A stretch of 63,291 bases of DNA, from NCBI GenBank assembly GCA_046482435.1, contig JAWOEZ010000023.1, forward strand, positions 1-63,291. The letters are read 5' to 3'. Shown piece by piece: positions 33,095 to 43,041 of this stretch. A program made the translations under genes and the position numbers. This stretch comes from Halanaerobiales bacterium (GTDB lineage Bacteria; Bacillota; Halanaerobiia; Halanaerobiales; M55B127). A model generated the notes under the pieces. It made no database searches. It was not told the origin of the DNA and was given only the letters and a program-made list of their open reading frames with translations. The first letter of the stretch is position 1; each line of letters starts with the position of its first letter.

Positions 33095-33590
33095 ATGGAT
33101 AACTTAAAGAAAATTTTAGATGATTTCTTATCAGATCAGGATGAAAGGTTAAGTAAGAGAACATATAATGAAGTACAGTAATGTGATAGAGCTTTTTGAA
33201 GATTGTTTAAATAGTTATGCTTACATGTTTTTGCCTGAGGAAGAGCAGCAAAATTTTGAAGAAAAAGATATTTTCGGAGAAGATAGTTACTGTGAGATCT
33301 ATTCTATTGATAAGCTTAGCAGTATGCAGATAGATGACTTTATGATTAGGAAATTAATGGCTGAGAAACACCTAATGAAAAAGACAGTTACAGTTATGCG
33401 CCGCTTCAGTAAATGGCTGAAAAATAATGAATATATTACTAAGGAAAAGTTTGATATCATTTATTCTACAATCAATGAAAAAAAAGATGTTTTGCCTAAA
33501 GCAGCTGAATTATCTGATTTAATTTATCTGAAACAGCCAAAAAAACTCCATCCAAGCTATGCATTGGGGGGAGATGAATTGGTTATTTAA
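33095..33590 (+). pseudogene. frameshifted, C-terminally truncated paralogue of the 51489-52178 gene
   Basis: MDNLKKILDDFLSDQDERLSKRTYN (frame a) continues as KYSNVIELFEDCLNSY... (frame b, track ORF 33168). This matches MENLKQTLEKFLKEQKERLAKSTYNKYDDVITLFEHYLNGY. A single extra nt lies in acatataatGaagtac. Confidence 0.8.
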
Positions 33591-33609
33591 AATTTAATTA
33601 AATGTTAAA

Positions 33610-33678
33610 TTAATCTTTAACTTGATTTTCAATATACTTTTTAATTGTCTCAATAGTAGCGCTACCAATAGATACCAT
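33610..33678 (-). pseudogene. remnant of IS200/IS605-type TnpA C-terminus
   Basis: The minus strand reads MVSIGSATIETIKKYIENQVKD*. The I-K-K-Y-I-E-N-Q ending is typical of Y1 (IS200-like) transposases. No upstream ORF remains. Confidence 0.4.
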
Positions 33679-33697
33679 ACAGTAACTTCTAGATTAA

Positions 33698-33721
33698 AAA
33701 CCGTGCATTAAACCGTGCAAT
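33698..33721. repeat. tandem 12-nt repeat aaaccgtgcaNt x2
   Basis: aaaccgtgcatt followed by aaaccgtgcaat, next to the IS200-like remnant. Confidence 0.6.
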
Positions 33722-33844
33722 CTAAACTCTTACAAAAAAGCTATTAAATCTACTTAATATATTGTATTTCTATCATGATTATGTTAAAATATAAAAGTGT
33801 TGAGGAATGAATAGCGAAACAATAATAGGTGGGGGTGACCGCTA

Positions 33845-34066
33845 GTGTTTTATTTAAAAATATTTCATTTAATTATTGCAGTTTCGGTAATAGTAGGTGT
33901 TCTACTTCAATCTGGCAAAAGTGCTGGTATGTCAGGTGTTATTGATGGTGGAGCCAGTCAATTTCTAGGCAAGAAGAGTAAAGGTTTAGATAAAAAATTA
34001 AGTAAATTTACAACAGTAGCTGCTGTAGTATTTATGGTAACTTCTTTAATCCTAGCATTTATTTAA
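33845..34066 (+). CDS. secG: preprotein translocase subunit SecG
   Basis: 73 aa, two TM segments flanking LLQSGKSAGMSG. GTG start after GGTGGGGG. Confidence 0.9.
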   Translation: MFYLKIFHLIIAVSVIVGVLLQSGKSAGMSGVIDGGASQFLGKKSKGLDKKLSKFTTVAAVVFMVTSLILAFI

Positions 34067-34097
34067 AAAGCAAATATAGAGCCGGAGGTGTTCGACG

Positions 34098-36050
34098 ATG
34101 ATATTTTATACTCCTATTGCAGGAGTAATTGCACTACTATTTGCACTATACATGGCTAAGAAAGTTAAAAAAGCCGAGATGGGTAATGATAAAATGAAAG
34201 AACTATCAAAATCCATTAATGAAGGTGCTATGGCTTTTTTAGGTCGTGAATATAGAATATTAGTGTTTTTCGTATTGATTGTAGCAATAATTATGACTTT
34301 TACTAGTAGTTTAGGCTGGCAGACTGCCGTTTCATTTATATTAGGTGCAATATTTTCTGGTCTTGCAGGATTTATCGGAATGCAGATTGCTACTCAGGCA
34401 AACTCGCGAACTACCCAGGCTGCCCGAAGCAGTTTGAATGAAGCTCTCCAAGTAGCTTTTTCAGGTGGTTCCGTAATGGGGATGTCAGTTGTGGGATTAG
34501 GTACACTTGGACTTGGAATTTTATATATCTTTTTCACAAAAAATATTGATTATATTAGAGGTTTTGCCTTTGGAGCCAGCTCGATAGCTCTTTTTGCACG
34601 TGTAGGTGGTGGAATTTATACAAAAGCTGCCGATGTAGGAGCTGACCTGGTAGGTAAAGTAGAAGCTGGTATTCCGGAAGATGATCCCAGGAACCCAGCA
34701 GTTATCGCTGATAATGTAGGTGATAATGTAGGTGATGTTGCGGGCATGGGGGCAGACCTTTTTGAATCATATGTTGGTTCTATAGTGGCGGCTATGACAC
34801 TAGGAACTATCATGAGTGTATACCACGTATTAACTCCATTATTACTTGCATCAGTAGGTATTATTGCAGCAATTATAGGAAGTCAGTTTATTAAAGCTAA
34901 AGAAGGGGGAAACCCCGCTAAAGCACTAGAAAAAGGAACCATTTCTAGTGGTATACTTACAATTATTGGTGCTTTCTTTTTAATTAGGTTTATGATTGGA
35001 GATATGGGCGTATTTTATGCTGTATTAGCAGGATTACTTGCCGGTATTTTGATCGGTAGGATTACAGAATACTATACATCTGAAGAGTTTGGCCCGGTTA
35101 AATACATAGCAGAACAATCTAAATCTGGTGCTGCTACTAATATTATCAGTGGGCTTTCAGTAGGCATGAAAAGTACTCTCTTCCCGATTTTAGTAATTGC
35201 AGTAGTAATCTACATTGCATATCATTTTGCTGGTCTTTACGGGATTGCAATGTCTGCAGTGGGTATGTTGTCTACTACAGGTGTAACTTTATCGATTGAT
35301 GCTTACGGCCCGATTGCTGATAATGCAGGTGGAATTGCCGAAATGGCAGAACTACCGCCTGAAGTGCGGGAAGTAACTGATAAATTAGATTCAGTTGGTA
35401 ACACAACAGCTGCGATCGGTAAAGGTTTTGCGATTGGTTCAGCTGCCTTAACAGCTTTATCTTTATTTGCAGCTTTTTCTTCAGCAGTAAATTTAGAGGT
35501 TATTAGTCTCACAAATCCTAATGTTATTATTGGGCTATTCATTGGTGCTATGTTACCATTCCTTTTTTCATCATTAACAATGAAAGCTGTAGGGAAAGCG
35601 GCTTTTAAGATGATTGCCGAAGTAAGAAGACAGTTTAAAGAGATACCAGGGATTATGGAAGGTACAGGTACTCCTGACTATAAAAAATGTGTAGATATTT
35701 CTACAGCAGCAGCCTTAAAGCAGATGGTAATACCGGGTCTGTTAGCTGTAATTGTGCCAATAGTAGTTGGATTATGGAACGTACAGGCCCTTGGGGGTCT
35801 TCTAGCAGGTTCCTTAAGCACTGGTGTCCTACTAGCTATTATGATGGCAAATGCAGGTGGAGCCTGGGACAACGCAAAAAAATATATAGAATCCGGACAT
35901 TTAGGTGGAAAAGGTACAGATACACATTCTGCCTCAGTTGTCGGTGATACAGTCGGTGATCCTTTTAAAGATACTGCCGGACCATCACTTAATATATTAA
36001 TTAAGTTAATGACTATAGTTTCCCTAGTATTTGCTCCATTATTTCTATAA
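34098..36050 (+). CDS. hppA: membrane-bound pyrophosphate-energised cation pump (V-type PPase)
   Basis: 650 aa. [27 protein letters not shown] and [11 protein letters not shown] motifs. Confidence 0.96.
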   Translation: MIFYTPIAGVIALLFALYMAKKVKKAEMGNDKMKELSKSINEGAMAFLGREYRILVFFVLIVAIIMTFTSSLGWQTAVSFILGAIFSGLAGFIGMQIATQANSRTTQAARSSLNEALQVAFSGGSVMGMSVVGLGTLGLGILYIFFTKNIDYIRGFAFGASSIALFARVGGGIYTKAADVGADLVGKVEAGIPEDDPRNPAVIADNVGDNVGDVAGMGADLFESYVGSIVAAMTLGTIMSVYHVLTPLLLASVGIIAAIIGSQFIKAKEGGNPAKALEKGTISSGILTIIGAFFLIRFMIGDMGVFYAVLAGLLAGILIGRITEYYTSEEFGPVKYIAEQSKSGAATNIISGLSVGMKSTLFPILVIAVVIYIAYHFAGLYGIAMSAVGMLSTTGVTLSIDAYGPIADNAGGIAEMAELPPEVREVTDKLDSVGNTTAAIGKGFAIGSAALTALSLFAAFSSAVNLEVISLTNPNVIIGLFIGAMLPFLFSSLTMKAVGKAAFKMIAEVRRQFKEIPGIMEGTGTPDYKKCVDISTAAALKQMVIPGLLAVIVPIVVGLWNVQALGGLLAGSLSTGVLLAIMMANAGGAWDNAKKYIESGHLGGKGTDTHSASVVGDTVGDPFKDTAGPSLNILIKLMTIVSLVFAPLFL

Positions 36051-36090
36051 TTAAAATAGAATTAAATGAGATTATAATATTAAGATATGA

Positions 36091-36137
36091 AAAAGGCAAT
36101 TATCTTCTGTGAGGGGGATTTTTGCCTTTTTTTAATT
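36091..36137 (+). terminator. Rho-independent terminator after hppA
   Basis: aaaaggcaa (36091-36099) pairs with ttgcctttt (36122-36130), followed by a T-run. Confidence 0.65.
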
Positions 36138-36160
36138 TTTATAACTGAGGTGATATAATA

Positions 36161-36559
36161 ATGTTAGGAAATGACAATATGTGCTTTGCCTGTGGAGAAG
36201 ATAACCCGATATCACTGGGACTGAAATTCGAAAAAACGGGAGAGAAAACGGTTAAAGCCGAGTTTGAACCAAAACCAGTACACCAGGGATATACAGATAT
36301 AATGCACGGAGGCCTAATTTCAACATTACTGGATGAAGCGATGGCTAAAGTTTTATCTTTAAATGATATTCCAGCCCTTACCGCAAAGATGAATATTAGA
36401 TTTAAAAACCCGGTTCCGATCGGTAAAAGGTTAGTAATAAGTGCAGAAATAGAGAATAACAAAAAAGGATTATATTTTACTAAAGCAGAATTAAAAGATA
36501 TAAAGGGTGAGCTTTTTGCAAGCGCAGAAGCTAAATTTATGAAAGTAGAGGAGGAATAA
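36161..36559 (+). CDS. PaaI-family hotdog-fold thioesterase
   Basis: 132 aa. CFACGEDNP, HGGLISTLLDEAM and a hotdog-fold pattern. Confidence 0.85.
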   Translation: MLGNDNMCFACGEDNPISLGLKFEKTGEKTVKAEFEPKPVHQGYTDIMHGGLISTLLDEAMAKVLSLNDIPALTAKMNIRFKNPVPIGKRLVISAEIENNKKGLYFTKAELKDIKGELFASAEAKFMKVEEE

Positions 36560-36562
36560 AGA

Positions 36563-37114
36563 ATGGAAAGAGAAGAAGCATATCAGTTAATTAAAGAAAA
36601 TATTAAACAGGAGAACTTGGTAAAACACTGCCTGGCAGTGGAAGCTGTCATGGAAAGGTTAGCAGAATATTTTGATAAAGATAAAGAAAAATGGGGATTA
36701 ACTGGTTTACTTCATGATATTGATTATGAGGAAACTGCTGATGAGCCTGGTAAACATAGTCTAGTTGGGGCTGAAATGTTAGACGAAATGGGTCTTGCTA
36801 ATGATATTGTTCATGCTGTTAAGGTCCATAACCATGAACACGGACTTGAAAGAGAATCTCTGATGGATAAAGCTCTTTATGCAAGTGACCCTTTGACAGG
36901 CTTAATAGTGGCATCAGCCTTAATCCATCCCGATAAAAGTCTGGAAGCTGTTGACACCGAGTTCGTAATGAACAGATATTCGGAAAGTTCGTTTGCAAAG
37001 GGAGCAGATCGTGATGTAATAGCTTCCTGTAAAGAAATGGGTTTGAGTTTAGAAGAATTCATTAGCCTAGCCCTTGAAGGTATGAAATCAATCGCTGATG
37101 AGTTAGGTCTTTAA
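36563..37114 (+). CDS. HD/HDIG domain phosphohydrolase
   Basis: VKHCLAVE...LLHDIDYE is an H...HD metal motif. 183 aa. Confidence 0.85.
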   Translation: MEREEAYQLIKENIKQENLVKHCLAVEAVMERLAEYFDKDKEKWGLTGLLHDIDYEETADEPGKHSLVGAEMLDEMGLANDIVHAVKVHNHEHGLERESLMDKALYASDPLTGLIVASALIHPDKSLEAVDTEFVMNRYSESSFAKGADRDVIASCKEMGLSLEEFISLALEGMKSIADELGL

Positions 37115-37202
37115 ATAAAAGTTTTAAATATCTGCAAGTATTCTTTGAATTGAGAAAAGCGTATAAAAGCAGCATGGCTTAACCTATGAGGAGGTTGTAT
37201 TT

Positions 37203-39323
37203 ATGAGTGCAAGAAAGAAGCTATTAGAATTTTTAAAGGAAGAAGCGTATCATCCAATGACAAAAGAGGAGTTGATGAAAGAGTTCGAGATAGCTCCTCA
37301 ACAGAAACAACATTTTGAAGGTATTCTTAAACAATTAGAAGAAGATGGTAAGATCTATAAGAACAAAAAAGAAAGGTACGGATTGCCTGAAAAGTTTGAT
37401 CTCGTGGCAGGTCGGGTAGATAAAAACCCCCGCGGATTTGGTTTTTTAATCCCTGATGAACCTGGGCACGAGGATATATTTATTAACCCCTCTAACCTAA
37501 ATGGAGCCATGCATAATGATAAGGTTTTTGTTAAAAAAGTCCCCGGTGGCCGCGGGAAAAAAGCAGAAGGTGAAGTTGTAGATATCATCGAAAGGGTTAA
37601 CAACCAGATTGTTGGCAAATTCGAAAAAGTTAAAAATTATGGATTTGTAGTACCGGATAATAAGAGGATCAACTTCGATATATTTGTGCCGGGGAGTGCT
37701 ATCAAGGATGCTAAAAACAATCAGAAGGTTGTAGCCCAAATAACTGAATGGCCGAAAAAGAATAGAAACCCGGAGGGTAAAATAATAGAAATTCTGGGTT
37801 ATCAGGATGAAAAAGGTGTCGATATAGAAGCCATAATTAGACAGTTGGAACTACCGGGCGACTTCCCGGGACCTGTTAAAAATGAAGTGGTTAGAATTAG
37901 TGAAGAAATACCGGGAGAAGAAATTAAAAGGAGAAAAGATTTAAGAGACTTACCGATGGTAACAATTGATGGTGAGGACGCCAAGGATTTTGATGACGCA
38001 GTTTCGATTGAAAAACTTTCGGATAACAAGGTAAGGTTGGGTGTCCATATAGCTGATGTAACATATTATGTACAGGAAGACAGCAACTTAGATCAGGAAG
38101 CACTTCACCGGGGGACCAGTATCTATCTAGTAGATCGTGTAATACCGATGCTTCCCCAGCAACTTTCTAATAATTTATGTAGTTTAAGGCCTAATCAAGA
38201 CCGACTAGCAATGACAGTATTCATGGACTTTAACTTAAAGCCTCTTTCCCTGGAAGACTATGAAATAATGGAGTCAGTCATAAGATCAAATCACAGGATG
38301 ACATATAATGAGGTCAACGGAATACTGGCCCATGAGAACCGCGAGCTAAGAGAATTGTACGGTGATTTTAGCGAGGAATTAGAATTAATGAATAAATTGC
38401 GGGATAAACTTCGAACCAGACGCTTTAACGAAGGTAGTATTAATTTTGAAAGACAGGAAGTTAAAGTTATTCTGGATAGTAAAGGTAAACCGGTCGATAT
38501 CCAGGAAGAAAAACACGGTGTAGGTGAACAATTGATAGAAGAGTTTATGATTATGGCAAACAACATTGTGGCTGAAGATATGTACTGGCGAGAAGAACCT
38601 TTTATCTATAGAATCCATGAACAGCCTGATGAAGAACGATTAAAAGAATTTAATGAGTTTATCCATAACTTTGGGTATCATGTCAAAGGTATTGAAAATG
38701 AAGTACATTCCAGTGCCCTCCAGGATATCCTTAATCAGGTTGCGGGAGAACCAGAAGAACATTTAATTAATACAGTACTACTACGTACTATGAAAAAAGC
38801 GATTTACAGCCGTCATAATATTGGCCATTATGGTTTAGGAATAGAACATTACTGCCATTTTACTTCCCCGATCAGGAGATATCCTGATCTAATGATTCAC
38901 AGAATTATCAAGGAAGTAATAAAGAAAGGCAAGTTAAGTGAAAACAGAAGAGAATATCTAGAAGAAGAGATTGCAAGTATTGCAGACCATAGTTCCTTAC
39001 AGGAGAGAAGGGCAATGGAAGCAGAACGAGATTCAGTAGCTCTTAAAAAGATCGAATACATGCAAGATAAACTCGGAGAAGAATTTACCGGTATTATCAG
39101 TGGTATTACAAATTTTGGTTTTTTTGTGGAACTAGAAAATACAGTTGAGGGTTTAGTTCACGTCGAAGATTTAAAAGATGATTACTATCACATCAGACAG
39201 GATATACATGCTTTAGTAGGAGAAAGAACCAATCGTAGATTTACTCTTGGAGATAAAGTAGAGGTTGAATTAATAAAGGTTAATCCAGAAGAAAGAGAGA
39301 TCGACTTTGTTCTGGCTGAATGA
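37203..39323 (+). CDS. rnr: ribonuclease R
   Basis: 706 aa. Cold-shock/OB N-terminal domains, RNB domain (TIDGEDAKDFDDAVS, HFTSPIRRYPDL) and a C-terminal S1 domain. Confidence 0.96.
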   Translation: MSARKKLLEFLKEEAYHPMTKEELMKEFEIAPQQKQHFEGILKQLEEDGKIYKNKKERYGLPEKFDLVAGRVDKNPRGFGFLIPDEPGHEDIFINPSNLNGAMHNDKVFVKKVPGGRGKKAEGEVVDIIERVNNQIVGKFEKVKNYGFVVPDNKRINFDIFVPGSAIKDAKNNQKVVAQITEWPKKNRNPEGKIIEILGYQDEKGVDIEAIIRQLELPGDFPGPVKNEVVRISEEIPGEEIKRRKDLRDLPMVTIDGEDAKDFDDAVSIEKLSDNKVRLGVHIADVTYYVQEDSNLDQEALHRGTSIYLVDRVIPMLPQQLSNNLCSLRPNQDRLAMTVFMDFNLKPLSLEDYEIMESVIRSNHRMTYNEVNGILAHENRELRELYGDFSEELELMNKLRDKLRTRRFNEGSINFERQEVKVILDSKGKPVDIQEEKHGVGEQLIEEFMIMANNIVAEDMYWREEPFIYRIHEQPDEERLKEFNEFIHNFGYHVKGIENEVHSSALQDILNQVAGEPEEHLINTVLLRTMKKAIYSRHNIGHYGLGIEHYCHFTSPIRRYPDLMIHRIIKEVIKKGKLSENRREYLEEEIASIADHSSLQERRAMEAERDSVALKKIEYMQDKLGEEFTGIISGITNFGFFVELENTVEGLVHVEDLKDDYYHIRQDIHALVGERTNRRFTLGDKVEVELIKVNPEEREIDFVLAE

Positions 39324-39341
39324 TTTAAGGAGTGTTAAGAT

Positions 39342-39815
39342 ATGAGTGATGATCTTAAGGTTATAGCAAGGAATAAAAAGGCAAAACACGATTATAATAT
39401 TGAAGAAACTTATGAGGCTGGGATTATCCTTCAGGGTACTGAGATAAAATCAATTAGAGCCCGTAATGTACATCTAAAAGACAGCTTTGCCATGGTAGAA
39501 AATGGTGAAGTATTTCTATATAATATGCATATAAGCCCTTACAAGGAAGGCAATCGATACAACCATGATCCAGAACGTAAAAGAAAACTTCTCTTACACA
39601 AAAATGAGATCAGAAAGCTAATTGGTTATACCAAGCAGAAAGGTTATACCCTTGTACCACTTAGCATTTACCTTAGAAACAATTTGGCCAAAGTAGAACT
39701 AGCATTGGCAAAAGGTAAAAATGTACGTGATAAGCGCCGTGATATAGCTGAAGAAACTGCTAAACAGGATATAGAAAGAGCTTTTAGAAGAAGACTAAAA
39801 GGTAAAGACTATTAA
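39342..39815 (+). CDS. smpB: SsrA-binding protein
   Basis: 157 aa. [19 protein letters not shown] and KLLLHKNEI. Confidence 0.96.
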   Translation: MSDDLKVIARNKKAKHDYNIEETYEAGIILQGTEIKSIRARNVHLKDSFAMVENGEVFLYNMHISPYKEGNRYNHDPERKRKLLLHKNEIRKLIGYTKQKGYTLVPLSIYLRNNLAKVELALAKGKNVRDKRRDIAEETAKQDIERAFRRRLKGKDY

Positions 39816-39872
39816 TAATAGATGGGCTTTCCCGATTATTATTATATAAAAGATTAAAGGGGGTTTTTATAG

Positions 39873-41348
39873 ATGCCTCAAGAGGTGGACTATTCTCAAA
39901 AGCTAAGACCCCAGATTCATTTTTCTCCTCCTAAAAACTGGATGAATGATCCGAATGGACTTGTCTACTATAAAGGTGAATATCATTTATTTTATCAACA
40001 CAATCCTACGGCCAGTATATGGGGCAATATCCACTGGGGCCATGCGGTGAGTAAAGATCTATTAAACTGGGAACATTTAGATACTGCTTTAAAACCAGAT
40101 CAATATGGTTTAATCTTTACTGGGAGTGCAGTTGTGGACTACAACGATACGAGCGGTTTTTTCAAGGGGGGAGAAGGTTTAGTAGCTATTTATACTTCCG
40201 CTTTACCCCAGAAAACCAAAGGTTTCTATCTTCAACAGCAATGTATAGCCTATAGTAAGGATAAAGGGAGAACCTGGATTAAGTATAAAGATAATCCAGT
40301 GATTGAAAATAAGAGGTGGAAAGATTTTCGGGACCCCAAGGTATTCTGGCATGAGGAAACAGAAAGCTGGATAATGCTTGTTACTAATGGAAAAAAAGTT
40401 AATTTCTATAGATCTGCTGACTTAAAAAACTGGGAATTTACCAGCGATTTTTCATGTAATGCCTTTCAATTTGAAGGGGTCTGGGAATGTCCGGACTTAA
40501 TAAAATTACCTGTTGAAAACAAAGAAGGAGAAAAAAGATGGCTGCTCCAGACCGGTGTACAGGATAACAGTTTGGCCGGAGGTTCTGGCAGCCAGTATTT
40601 TGTCGGTGAGTTTAACGGCTATAAATTTAAGAACTTGAATCCTGACCAAAAGACCTTTTGGGTTGACTACGGCCAGGATTTTTATGCGGTACAGTCCTGG
40701 GCTAACTTACCTACAAGCCAGGACAGGGAGGTTTGGATTGCCTGGATGAATAACCTAGCCTATTCGGATACCCTGCCCACTAATGACTGGCGGGGAGTAC
40801 TTTCTATCCCCCGCGAGATCACTTTAGCAGAGTACAATAAAGAATACTATCTAAAGCAGAAACCGATCAGTGAATTAAATACCTTAAGAGAATACGATTA
40901 TTCTGTTGCTGAATATGATCTCAAAGATGACTTCGATTATAAGATAAACTTTGATCCCTTTGAAGTTAAATTTGTAGCAGAACTTGCTCCCAGAGAGAAA
41001 ATGGATATAAATTTAATTAGGGGAAGTAACTTAAGGATTAGTCTTTTTATTGATAAAAAGAACCAGGAAATTGTTTTAAGAAGATCATTTAGTATTGAAC
41101 CCAAAATTGGAAAAGTATTTAATGATACTCACGGTGCCCAGATTTATGAAGCATGCGATAAAATTGAGGTCCAATTTATAGTTGACCGTTCTACTTTAGA
41201 GATATTCATAAATGATGGTGAAATAGTCTTCAGTGATTTAATATTTCCCGATCATATTGAAAATACAATTTTATCAGTAGAAACTAACAGTGAAAAAGGT
41301 AAGTTACATGATATAGAAATCAATAAGCTGAAGAGTGTTTGGGATTAA
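39873..41348 (+). CDS. glycoside hydrolase family 32 (beta-fructofuranosidase / sucrose-6-phosphate hydrolase type)
   Basis: WMNDPNG nucleophile motif, FRDPKV and WECPD. No signal peptide. Confidence 0.92.
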   Translation: MPQEVDYSQKLRPQIHFSPPKNWMNDPNGLVYYKGEYHLFYQHNPTASIWGNIHWGHAVSKDLLNWEHLDTALKPDQYGLIFTGSAVVDYNDTSGFFKGGEGLVAIYTSALPQKTKGFYLQQQCIAYSKDKGRTWIKYKDNPVIENKRWKDFRDPKVFWHEETESWIMLVTNGKKVNFYRSADLKNWEFTSDFSCNAFQFEGVWECPDLIKLPVENKEGEKRWLLQTGVQDNSLAGGSGSQYFVGEFNGYKFKNLNPDQKTFWVDYGQDFYAVQSWANLPTSQDREVWIAWMNNLAYSDTLPTNDWRGVLSIPREITLAEYNKEYYLKQKPISELNTLREYDYSVAEYDLKDDFDYKINFDPFEVKFVAELAPREKMDINLIRGSNLRISLFIDKKNQEIVLRRSFSIEPKIGKVFNDTHGAQIYEACDKIEVQFIVDRSTLEIFINDGEIVFSDLIFPDHIENTILSVETNSEKGKLHDIEINKLKSVWD

Positions 41349-41367
41349 GAACTAGAAGGGGGCCAAA

Positions 41368-41910
41368 ATGAAAATTTATACAAGGAGCGGAGATCAAGGT
41401 AATACAAGTCTTTTTGATAATTCAAGAGTGCCAAAGGATTCTGCCCGAGTGGAAAGTTACGGAACCTTAGATGAATTAAACTCCTATTTAGGGATGGCCA
41501 GAAGTTTAATTGATGATGAAAAGATAGTAGAAATAATAAAAAGAATACAAAGAGAATTATTTGATGTGGCTGGTGAATTAGCAACTCCGGATGGTAATGA
41601 TTTCCCGGAAAAAATTGAACAAAAAAAGATAGAAGGATTAGAAGAAATAATCGACAACCTTTTGGAGAAGATGAATAAAGAACAGCTTTCTAAGTTTATT
41701 ATCCCGGGTAGTAACAGATGTTCAGCTGCTCTCCATATTGCTCGTACAATCTGTAGAAGGGCTGAAAGAAGGATCATTACACTTGCACGCCAAGAAGAAA
41801 TTAGAGAAGTACTTCTAAAATACGTAAACAGGTTATCTGATGTAATCTATTCTCTTGCTAGGTATGTAGAAACAGAACTTGATTATGTTGATTTTAAAAT
41901 TGAAGAATAA
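41368..41910 (+). CDS. PduO-type ATP:cob(I)alamin adenosyltransferase
   Basis: MKIYTRSGDQGNTSL N-terminus and ESYGTLDELNS, 180 aa. Confidence 0.9.
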   Translation: MKIYTRSGDQGNTSLFDNSRVPKDSARVESYGTLDELNSYLGMARSLIDDEKIVEIIKRIQRELFDVAGELATPDGNDFPEKIEQKKIEGLEEIIDNLLEKMNKEQLSKFIIPGSNRCSAALHIARTICRRAERRIITLARQEEIREVLLKYVNRLSDVIYSLARYVETELDYVDFKIEE

Positions 41911-41930
41911 TAACAAAAAGGGTTGATAAT

Positions 41931-42986
41931 ATGAGATTTGATGAAAGAGATATCATGTTTGCCCGGAGCAACTATGAAGCGGGCACAAAAATATATGAAG
42001 AATATTATAAAAGAAACCCCGAAAAAAAGGAGATGGATGATTTTTTGAGGTCCTTGCCGGGCTTTATGGTTGAGGAAGCTTTTTCTTTTGATCCCCTTAA
42101 TTCTGGTTTGGTAAATGGGACCTATAGATTTCTTGGTGATTTAAAGCAAAATGCCGAAGGAGAATCAAGCAAAGAAAAATTTGAGGTTGATAAAGATACT
42201 ATAAGCAGTAAGTTAAAACATATCGCCAAATATTATGGAGCTGACCTAATAGGTATAACAGAGATGAAAGATGTATTTTACTATACCCACCGCGGACGTG
42301 AAAAAGAACACCACGGAGAAAAAGTAGAAAACACACATCAGTATGGGATCGTATTTGCAGTAGAACTTGAAAAAGATATGGTAAATAGAGCTCCCAAATT
42401 AGGACAAAGTCTAGAAACTTCCCGGGGATATGTTAAAGCAGGTATGATAGGCATGATATTAAGCTATTACCTCAGAGAATTAGGTTATGATGCACGTAAC
42501 CATATGGATGGTAATTACCTCCTTACAGCCCCCTTTACAGCCGAAGCGGCTGGTTTGGGTGAAATTGGACGAATGGGAATATTAATAACTAAAGAATATG
42601 GCCCTCGGGTAAGATTGGGAGTAGTAACCACTGATTTAGAATTAAATACAGATCGTCGAGAAAACTTTGGGATGAAAGAGTTCTGTAAGATATGTAATAA
42701 GTGTGCTGAAAACTGTCCTTCAGGTGCAATTGACAAAGAAGCCCCCGGTCAATTAAATGGAGAAGAACGCTGGAAGACTGATGTTCAAAAATGTTTCAAA
42801 GTTTGGCAGATGTCAGGCACGGACTGTGGAATCTGTATTTCCAGTTGTCCCTTTGCTCAAAATCTGGATATAGATAAAATAAATAAAATGAAGGATAATC
42901 CAAAAGTTATGAGAGATATTTTAAGAGAGCACAATAAAGAAAATAAAGAAAGACCATATAATGAGAGTGAACATGAGTGGCTGTAA
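41931..42986 (+). CDS. reductive dehalogenase-like / QueG-like 2x[4Fe-4S] protein, cytoplasmic
   Basis: CKICNKCAENCP and CGICISSCPF cluster motifs at the C-terminus of an RdhA-like fold. No twin-arginine signal. Confidence 0.7.
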   Translation: MRFDERDIMFARSNYEAGTKIYEEYYKRNPEKKEMDDFLRSLPGFMVEEAFSFDPLNSGLVNGTYRFLGDLKQNAEGESSKEKFEVDKDTISSKLKHIAKYYGADLIGITEMKDVFYYTHRGREKEHHGEKVENTHQYGIVFAVELEKDMVNRAPKLGQSLETSRGYVKAGMIGMILSYYLRELGYDARNHMDGNYLLTAPFTAEAAGLGEIGRMGILITKEYGPRVRLGVVTTDLELNTDRRENFGMKEFCKICNKCAENCPSGAIDKEAPGQLNGEERWKTDVQKCFKVWQMSGTDCGICISSCPFAQNLDIDKINKMKDNPKVMRDILREHNKENKERPYNESEHEWL

Positions 42987-43041
42987 CTAAAAAATTTTGT
43001 CTTTTAAAAAACAGAAATAATGATAATAGAGGTTGATAAAT

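Noticed and set aside
35687-35947. 86-aa + strand alternative-frame ORF in hppA.
   Set aside because: It lies inside the highly conserved C-terminal PPase motifs. It is Cys/Arg/Ser-rich nonsense.
36139-36462. 107-aa minus-strand ORF overlapping the thioesterase gene.
   Set aside because: It is a shadow of the PaaI-like CDS, which has clear family motifs and an RBS. The antisense product has no recognisable features.
39816-39872. Looked for tmRNA (ssrA) downstream of smpB.
   Set aside because: There are only 57 nt of AT-rich spacer containing the GH32 RBS. There is no tRNA-like acceptor or T-arm and no tag reading frame.
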